The notes beneath the pieces are model-generated. The model searched no databases and was not told the DNA's origin. It worked only from the letters and a program-made list of their open reading frames with translations. From contig JBKAGE010000055.1 of NCBI GenBank assembly GCA_046290225.1, positions 1-64,000 on the forward strand: a stretch of 64,000 nt of DNA, in the 5' to 3' direction. Position 1 is the stretch's first letter, and each line of letters begins with the position of its first letter. The position numbers and the translations under genes were made by a program. This DNA comes from Bradymonadia bacterium. Its GTDB lineage: Bacteria; Myxococcota_A; Bradymonadia; UBA7976; UBA1532. Positions 58,177 through 64,000 of this stretch are shown piece by piece.

Positions 58177-58778
58177 CGCGTCAGCTGACGCGCCTCCTCC
58201 CTCGAATCTGATGCAGGCCTTGACTGACGCGCTCGTTGCGTCATCATGCATCCATGCATCATTCAGACGACACCATCACCTTTCTGCAGCAGAAGATCGA
58301 ACAACACATGAAGCTGGTCCGGCTCTATCGTGCTGCGCTCTCGGCTGAGTTGACGCTTCGTGGAGATGACGCATCAATGCATCATCTCACGCAGTCTGGT
58401 GCATCACCCGAGCCCATGAAGCCCTCTTCGAGCGCCTCGGCCCGTACCCAGCCTGACAGCTCAGTTGCCAGTGATGGCTCTGCGCGGCTTCGCATTCTCG
58501 AGTGGATGAAACAAAAGGGCCACCCTGTGAGAGCCAGGGAGATTTCTGAAGCCCTCGAGATGAAACGCACCACGATCTCCAGCGAGCTGGTGCGCGCAGA
58601 AGACGCGGGGCAACTCAAGCGAGTCGCCCGAGGGTTGTACGCGTTGCGTTGACGCATAATTGCATCAACATTGTTTGGCACCCTCACTTTGCATCAATGC
58701 GTCAAGAGCAAACTGCAACGATGCAAAAGAATCCGACAATGCATCAAACATACGCCACCAGCATCAACGCAGCATCAA
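58177..58778. repeat. Cluster of 18 GCRTCA/TGAYGC motifs around and inside the small wHTH gene
   Basis: Copies start at 58178, 58186, 58209, 58225, 58238, 58256, 58351, 58367, 58371, 58379, 58401, 58650, 58662, 58691, 58699, 58741, 58761 and 58772. Confidence 0.8.
58254..58652 (+). CDS. Small DNA-binding protein: N-terminal coiled coil, Ser/Pro linker, C-terminal winged helix (AbiEi-N-like)
   Basis: RILEWMK..GHPVRAREISEALEMKRTTISSELVR..DAGQLKRVARGLYAL. ATG 58254 preferred over TTG 58236. Confidence 0.72.
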   Translation: MHHSDDTITFLQQKIEQHMKLVRLYRAALSAELTLRGDDASMHHLTQSGASPEPMKPSSSASARTQPDSSVASDGSARLRILEWMKQKGHPVRAREISEALEMKRTTISSELVRAEDAGQLKRVARGLYALR

Positions 58779-58939
58779 TGCTGGTAGTAGGCGTGTTGCC
58801 CAGACCCATCCATGTTGTTGAGCTGACTGTGTGATCTTCAGACTCGCTCACCCGTCTTGGCTTGAACAACGCGCGGTGGCACGATTCGCATCTCGACCCC
58901 CTCTCATCTCCCCTTCTCTTCGCGGCTTCAGGAACCCCC

Positions 58940-60580
58940 ATGATCTTCTCTGTGCCCTTCGACGCCCACGACACGCTGGTTTTTGCCGACGCCTTCGCGG
59001 TCACTCGGATACAAGCCGCCAAGAAGCTGAAGAGCATCAAGGATGTCTCGTGTGCGCGCTCGGGCTATCTGCTCCCGCTGAACGAGCATGTTCTGATCTC
59101 CGGGGTGGATCTCAACGCCCACAGTCGGTTGTGCACAGTGCCCGATTTGAAGAGTGAGACGATCCGCGACATCAGGACCGCCACCTATGGCTTCTCTCAG
59201 GATGCTTGCACGGCGTATCGCTTCGATCTCGCGGTCCGCAGTGAAGTGGCACCAGGAGAATCCGACCACTGTCTGTTCGTGTACGCGTTCCGGAAAGAGG
59301 AGCTCACTCAAAGCAGTGTGGTGCGCCGCAACCGACTTCAGGTGGGTGAGCAGCAGGTCCTTCCGAACGCGTTGCCCACCTTCGAACTTGGTGGGTCTGA
59401 GAGAGCATTCGAGCCTGATTTCCAGCATGTCTGGCCTGATGGGCGATTCCTCATCAACCGCAAGGGCTGGCTCTCAGGACGGCTCCACAATGACAGCTTC
59501 GACCTGGATTGGCACCTGCCCATGACCCACGGCCTGGATCCGCTCCGAACCGAGGCTCGGGTCGAGGGTGACGATTTGTGGATCATGGGTGAAGCCGTGG
59601 GCGGTGGGGAGGCGCTGCTCGCCCGAGTGGATCCTCGCGGCGAGGTCAGCGTCTGGCGCTTCGAGGCCTTGGAAGCGCCTGCCTACCACCAGGGGCAAGT
59701 GGCGCTCCTTGTGGCGCCTGACACCGTAGAGCGGTTTCCACTGAGCGAGCCCACGGCGCGTGAACGATTCACATTCGACGTCACGGCACTCGAACTCGAA
59801 GGCGGACTCGAACCCGCTGAGATTCGGGTGGGTCAAAAGCTGACCCCCACTGCCGCCCCAGACCATCGGGGCCGGGTGATGTTGCAGGGCGATTACATCT
59901 ACTACCTCCCCTGGCACGGAGAGGTGATCGTGCACGTCAACGCGCCAACAGCCAAAAAGCAGCTGATCCCTCGAAAGCTGCCTCCAAAGACGCATGATCT
60001 GCGCACTTTCTACAGCCGCTGGGTCAGCCAGCTCCGCGCGGCAGCCTACGAGGCGGGTGTGAGCCTGCAGCCCCGCCGCTGCTGGCACAAGAGAAGCTCC
60101 GGCGTCCAAGCGGACCTCTCGATCCATGTAGGCCGACAGGACTTCACGGCCTTTTGTTTCTCGGGGGTGTTTCGAGAGGCGAGAGCACACTGTGCACTGG
60201 CAGAGACCTTTGGTTTGCCCTACGTCCACCGGTATCCGAGCATGTCTCTCACACTCTCCGAGCCCGTCACGGTAGAGACGGCTCGTGCAGGCTTGGACTA
60301 CCTGGCCCGTCATGGTTGCTCTGCAGTGGATCTCCTCTACCCCTTTGAGATGTTTCTCAAAAAACACACGATTGACGAGGCTGCCGTTCCGGCGGCTCGC
60401 CCCATCCTCGCCGAGGCCATCCTCGCTGGTTGTATCGGAGAGGCACCATCAGCCACTCCAGTGAGCACCATGGAAGAGGTGGAGCGACGCCTCGAGGCTG
60501 CAACGGATCCGTACATCCCCAACAGCTTCGAGCACGGCGACGACAGCATTCGATGGTTGTTGAGCGTCTTGTTGGGCTGA
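58940..60580 (+). CDS. Hypothetical protein of unknown family
   Basis: Long ORF with weaker GC3 bias than core genes; CAGGA before ATG 58940 (track 58862). Confidence 0.65.
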   Translation: MIFSVPFDAHDTLVFADAFAVTRIQAAKKLKSIKDVSCARSGYLLPLNEHVLISGVDLNAHSRLCTVPDLKSETIRDIRTATYGFSQDACTAYRFDLAVRSEVAPGESDHCLFVYAFRKEELTQSSVVRRNRLQVGEQQVLPNALPTFELGGSERAFEPDFQHVWPDGRFLINRKGWLSGRLHNDSFDLDWHLPMTHGLDPLRTEARVEGDDLWIMGEAVGGGEALLARVDPRGEVSVWRFEALEAPAYHQGQVALLVAPDTVERFPLSEPTARERFTFDVTALELEGGLEPAEIRVGQKLTPTAAPDHRGRVMLQGDYIYYLPWHGEVIVHVNAPTAKKQLIPRKLPPKTHDLRTFYSRWVSQLRAAAYEAGVSLQPRRCWHKRSSGVQADLSIHVGRQDFTAFCFSGVFREARAHCALAETFGLPYVHRYPSMSLTLSEPVTVETARAGLDYLARHGCSAVDLLYPFEMFLKKHTIDEAAVPAARPILAEAILAGCIGEAPSATPVSTMEEVERRLEAATDPYIPNSFEHGDDSIRWLLSVLLG

Positions 60581-60674
60581 GCCTGGGCCTACACGGGCGA
60601 TCTTCACGTGTGCTGGTGTGCGAAGGCCCTCAACACAGATCCCTGATGTTGCCGGGCGAAGCGTCCATTCTCAC

Positions 60675-60704
60675 TTGATCTTTGCACCCCCAGTTCGCTA
60701 AACC
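60675..60704 (+). promoter_or_regulatory. Possible promoter of tRNA-Leu(TAA)
   Basis: TTGATC-18 nt-TAAACC. Confidence 0.35.
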
Positions 60705-60731
60705 CTTTCGGCATTCCGCACCTTACGCAGG

Positions 60732-60813
60732 GCCCGGGTGGTGGAATTGGTATACACAGGGGACTTAAAATCCCTCGCCTTCGGGCATGCGGGTTCGAAT
60801 CCCGCCCCGGGTA
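60732..60813 (+). tRNA. tRNA-Leu (anticodon TAA)
   Basis: Acceptor GCCCGGG/CCCGGGT, D-loop GGAATTGGTATAC, anticodon arm GGGGA-CTTAAAA-TCCCT, variable arm GCC-TTCG-GGC, T-arm GCGGG-TTCGAAT-CCCGC. Confidence 0.97.
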
Positions 60814-61159
60814 CAGTGCAGCTCCGGCGCTTCGGCGGCGCCAGCCGCCGTGACGCCGGCGATTTCACGCACAGCTACGACTTTTCCGTCCTCGACGCAG
60901 CGCTGCTGCGCCTGCGGGTGAAAACCCGCAGCTGCACGCAAACTCGCCAACCTCACGACGACTGTCGCCACCTACGCACCTCCGCGGGGCACGTGCATGA
61001 CACTTCTCTGACCTATATGAGGGTTGGTTATTCCGGCTACTGCTTACAGTTACGCCGCCCACACACCTCACCGCTCCAGCGAGTTCATGCTCGATGTGCC
61101 GCTGCGGCGTCTCCACATCCAAGACACCACCTGCTCCATCCATAGAGCCCACATCCGGG

Positions 61160-61207
61160 AAACTCGTGCCCGTGCCCGTGCCCGTGCCCGTGCCCGAAAA
61201 CTCTCTC
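61160..61207 (+). repeat. Third, partial copy of the AACTC(GTGCCC)5GAAA(A)CTCTCTC element
   Basis: Near-identical to 685-731; lies 14 nt past the stop codon of the minus-strand SDR gene. Confidence 0.88.
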
Positions 61208-61221
61208 AAAAAGCCTTCGAC

Positions 61222-62268
61222 CTACCGAGTCCGAGGCGTCACCCACCCCCCCTCGACCATGGCGTTCACCGTATCCGTGAGTGAATCCGCCACCGACCGA
61301 TACTCGATCCCCAGCTCACTGCGCGATCGGGCATTGTCGAACTCCACCGTGCGCCCTGCGAGCTCTCGCACCATCGAGAACGAGATGCGCTTGTCGACCA
61401 TGGCCGCAGCGTACAGCAACAGGTTCGGCAGCTTACCCGTCTTGATGCGATAGCTCGGGAAGCGCTCCGCCAGCGTCTTCGCCGCGTCCTGTACCCAACC
61501 CGTCTCCGCCGCGAGGATGTATCGGCCGGAGACATTGGGGCGCTCCATGGCCTCGGCGTGGGCCCGGGCCACCTCTCGAGCGTCCACCATACTGAAGTGC
61601 AGTTGCGGGTTCGCCGGGAACGTACCCACCAGCAGATCGCGGATGATTGAGGGGCTCGCCCAGACGTGAGCCTCGGTGTAGACCGGCCCCAGCACCAGCG
61701 AGGGGTTGATGTGCACCACCGAGATCTCGCCGTTCACCTCTTCGGGGAACCGGGCAGCGAGGCGCTCTGCCTCTCTCTTGGCCACAGCATATGGGTTGTT
61801 CTTCACCGTGGCGTCATCACACCAGTCCGCCTCGGTGTAGATCTTGCCCTGAATGGGGCGACCATAGATCGCCGCCACCGACGACGTGTGTACCACCCGC
61901 TGCACCGAGCCGCTCTTCTTGACACTGTCGAGCACGTTCCGGGTACCCACCACCGACGGATCGACAATGTCGCGCTGACCGTCTTTCGCCGCGAGTTGCA
62001 CGATGGCCGCCACGTGGATCACCCCGCCGGCGCCCTTGAAGGCCTCGTCGTAGCTGCCGGGCTTCATCAGATCACCCTGAGCCAGGGACAACTCTCCGGG
62101 CAAGCCTTCAGCGAGGGCCACGAGATGCGCGGTCTTCTTCGGGTTCTTCGGATCCCGGACGCAGGCCCGCACGTGGTGGCCACGGGCCAGCAGCTCTCTG
62201 ACGATGTGGGTGCCGACGAAGCCCGAGGCTCCGGTGACAGCGACGGGGGCTTGCCCAGGTGTGATCAT
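61222..62268 (-). CDS. Extended SDR, NAD(P)-dependent epimerase/dehydratase (dihydroflavonol/aldehyde reductase-like)
   Basis: VTGASGFVG, HVA, GTRNVL, TSSVAA, YAVAK (YxxxK), NPSLVLGP, VDAREVARAH. Confidence 0.9.
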   Translation of the reverse strand: MITPGQAPVAVTGASGFVGTHIVRELLARGHHVRACVRDPKNPKKTAHLVALAEGLPGELSLAQGDLMKPGSYDEAFKGAGGVIHVAAIVQLAAKDGQRDIVDPSVVGTRNVLDSVKKSGSVQRVVHTSSVAAIYGRPIQGKIYTEADWCDDATVKNNPYAVAKREAERLAARFPEEVNGEISVVHINPSLVLGPVYTEAHVWASPSIIRDLLVGTFPANPQLHFSMVDAREVARAHAEAMERPNVSGRYILAAETGWVQDAAKTLAERFPSYRIKTGKLPNLLLYAAAMVDKRISFSMVRELAGRTVEFDNARSRSELGIEYRSVADSLTDTVNAMVEGGWVTPRTR

Positions 62269-62391
62269 CTCGACCTCTGTCTGCGGTTGTGCAGTCTGCT
62301 CTAATCAGCAGGGGGTACAAAGGCAAGCGATGGATGTCGCAATGGACCCCCCTCAACCTTTGTGTTGATTTAACACCCTAAAACGCAGAAC

Positions 62392-62408
62392 ATGAACACA
62401 TGTTCAGC
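62392..62408 (+). promoter_or_regulatory. LexA (SOS) box upstream of imuA
   Basis: ATGAACACATGTTCAGC contains the palindrome TGAAC-N4-GTTCA and matches the Myxococcus xanthus LexA consensus CTRHAMRYBYGTTCAGS at 15 of 17 positions. Confidence 0.75.
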
Positions 62409-62468
62409 ACACACCAAATTGCGCATCCAACACCTGACATTACGACAGATGTGCCCCTGCACAGCGGC

Positions 62469-63077
62469 ATGGGCCCTCTGGATGACCTGTTGGGCCCTCA
62501 GGGGCTGACACGCGGGCACATCACCGAGTGGGTCGGTGCGCCAGGCGCAGGACGCACCACGTTATTAGGGGCCATGGTGGATCAGCTGAGGGCCCAGGGC
62601 CGCTCGGTGGTGTGGATTGATGCCCAGGGCACGTTGATGGCCGATGACTGGGTCGACGCGTTGCCAGGTGTGTTGTGGGTGATTCGGCCGCCAAAACCCT
62701 CAAATGCGATCTTCTGCGCCGAGATGATGTTGCGGGCGGGCTGCTTCGATCTGGTGATCATCGACGAGCCCCGGGGGCTCTCCCCTGCTCTGGGCACGCG
62801 CCTTCAGCGTCTGGCGCGTCAAGGCGGCTCGGCGTTGTTGCTGGTCCGCCGCGGTGCAGACGAGGCGGTGTCTTCGATCTGTCGCATCGAGCTGAAGCAG
62901 GCGGAGTACACCGCGGGACCGCTTCAACCACTGAGCGCCATGCTCAGCGTCTACCGAACACGCGGGTGCGCACCACAAGGCCCCCGGCGCCTGCTGTTCT
63001 CGACATCGACCCCTCGAGATCGACTGTGCAGCCCTCTCGTGCCTGATCGTGCAGGAGCGGAGGGGGTGCGATCATGA
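62469..63077 (+). CDS. imuA: ImuA/RecA-like protein of a mutagenesis cassette
   Basis: LDDLL...GL.RGHITE.VG..GAGRTT, VVWIDA, AE..LRAG.FDLVIID, RLQRLA. The track ATG 62400 lies inside the LexA box, so the start is probably 62451 or 62469. Confidence 0.8.
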   Translation: MGPLDDLLGPQGLTRGHITEWVGAPGAGRTTLLGAMVDQLRAQGRSVVWIDAQGTLMADDWVDALPGVLWVIRPPKPSNAIFCAEMMLRAGCFDLVIIDEPRGLSPALGTRLQRLARQGGSALLLVRRGADEAVSSICRIELKQAEYTAGPLQPLSAMLSVYRTRGCAPQGPRRLLFSTSTPRDRLCSPLVPDRAGAEGVRS

Positions 63078-64000
63078 GCGCCGGACGCATCGGGTGCGCG
63101 TGCTTGCCTGCGCTGGCGTCGCCGACGTGCACCCTCGACGAGCATGCACGGGTGAGCCTCAGCCGCTCACTCGCTGATCGGCTCGCTCTCGTGGCACCAG
63201 GTGTCGTGCCTTTAGAGGGTCCGATCATGGGGATGCGTCCGGGGTGGTGGTGGTTCGATCCCAGGGGGATGGCGCGCCTCGGCGGTGAGCAGGCCCTCGG
63301 AGAGCGTTTGTGTGCTGCAGCCCATCGGCGCGGCCACCCAGGACTACAGGTCATCATCGCCGGCGCGCCTCTCATCGCTCGGGCATCTTTGACACATACG
63401 CTTCAGAGACATGACGTAGATGCAGAAGCTTCAACACGCTTGATCTCAGATGAGGAGGGCTTGAGTCAGCTCCACAGCTTGCCTCTGAGCGTGCTTTCAC
63501 TCTCCGATCACATGGCAACCGCGCTCCACGGGCTCGGGATCGAGTCTGTGAGGCAGCTCGCCGAGATGAGCCATGACGCCGTCGTCTCTCGGTTCGGCGA
63601 CGAGGGTCGTAGGGTCATGGACGCGCTCTCTGGGCAGACACTGTTAAGACCAGCAGGATCCCCAGGCGACACGCCGGTGGAGATCTCGGCATCGCAGAGC
63701 CTCGATGTACCTGTGGAGCAGACTGCCCACCTGCTCTTCACGCTCCGCGGGGTGGCCGACGCCCTCGCCGCCCGCTTGATGTGCGCTGGCCGGGCCGCCG
63801 CCGAGGTGACGCTGAGCCTCGAGCTCGCCGATCGCAGCATCTCTCACACCCATGTGCGCATGGGACGCGCCACAGCAGAGCCCAGCCTGCTCTTTGATCG
63901 TCTTCGAGATGTGCTCGACGGGCTGAGCCTCGACGGCCCGGTGGCGGGCATCGCGCTGCACGTGGCCGAAGGCGTCGGCGCCACACCCACTCAGCTCGCC
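63074..64000 (+). CDS. imuB: ImuB-like inactive Y-family DNA polymerase, partial (runs off the window, absent from ORF track)
   Basis: Manual translation is open to the end: GGEQAL, LPLSVL, L.GLGI.SV.QLA, SRFG.EG, PVE...LLF.LR, ending at TQLA (start of a clamp-binding-like motif). ATGA overlap with imuA. Confidence 0.82.
   Translation, partial: MSAGRIGCACLPALASPTCTLDEHARVSLSRSLADRLALVAPGVVPLEGPIMGMRPGWWWFDPRGMARLGGEQALGERLCAAAHRRGHPGLQVIIAGAPLIARASLTHTLQRHDVDAEASTRLISDEEGLSQLHSLPLSVLSLSDHMATALHGLGIESVRQLAEMSHDAVVSRFGDEGRRVMDALSGQTLLRPAGSPGDTPVEISASQSLDVPVEQTAHLLFTLRGVADALAARLMCAGRAAAEVTLSLELADRSISHTHVRMGRATAEPSLLFDRLRDVLDGLSLDGPVAGIALHVAEGVGATPTQLA

Noticed and set aside
58649..59040. Small ORFs 58649-58834 and 58744-59040
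   Set aside because: They are by-products of the ATG-rich GCATCA motif cluster or overlap the larger downstream gene.
58254..60580. AbiE type IV toxin-antitoxin pair
   Set aside because: The wHTH is C-terminal with no AbiEi C-terminal domain, and the next gene lacks the nucleotidyltransferase GGT...R.S.D.D motif.
58150..60731. tRNA-integrated prophage or genomic island
   Set aside because: No integrase and no duplicated tRNA 3' end were seen, and the atypical genes lie on the 5' side of the tRNA.
60738..61453. ORFs 60738-61145, 60865-61209, 61024-61284 and 61094-61453
   Set aside because: They run through the tRNA, the hairpins or the GTGCCC repeat, and show no recognisable protein features.

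Overview
High-GC (about two-thirds by eye) bacterial chromosomal segment. Gene content (Tgl-like pilotin, giant TPR proteins, CARDB/PPC lipoprotein, ECF pair, Myxococcus-type LexA box) points to Myxococcota or a Bradymonadales-like deltaproteobacterium. From left to right: the right end of an ISAs1-family IS and a nested repeat mosaic (1-746); deaD; an hbd-crt-HMG-CoA lyase operon; a metallophosphoesterase and a 1343-aa PKD/CARDB/PPC lipoprotein; a lolC/E-tgl-rodZ-like-mgtE-recO-cyclophilin run; an AAA-TPR (STAND-like)/DUF2330 operon; two ~1600-aa TPR proteins; an outer-membrane barrel; tRNA-Leu(CAG); a gnnA-like/lpxB/polyprenol-P-mannose synthase/GT-C cluster; a polysaccharide-tailoring cluster resembling XrtA/PEP-CTERM loci; an ECF sigma/anti-sigma pair; a small coiled-coil/winged-helix gene inside 18 copies of a GCRTCA motif; tRNA-Leu(TAA); an SDR; and a LexA-box-preceded imuA-imuB cassette running off the right edge. 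The best candidates for undescribed biology are the wHTH gene with its own motif array (58177-58778), the putative lipid A mannosylation cluster (39263-43316) and the nested repeat element (112-746). All calls come from reading motifs by eye. No database searches were run, and several start codons are best estimates.
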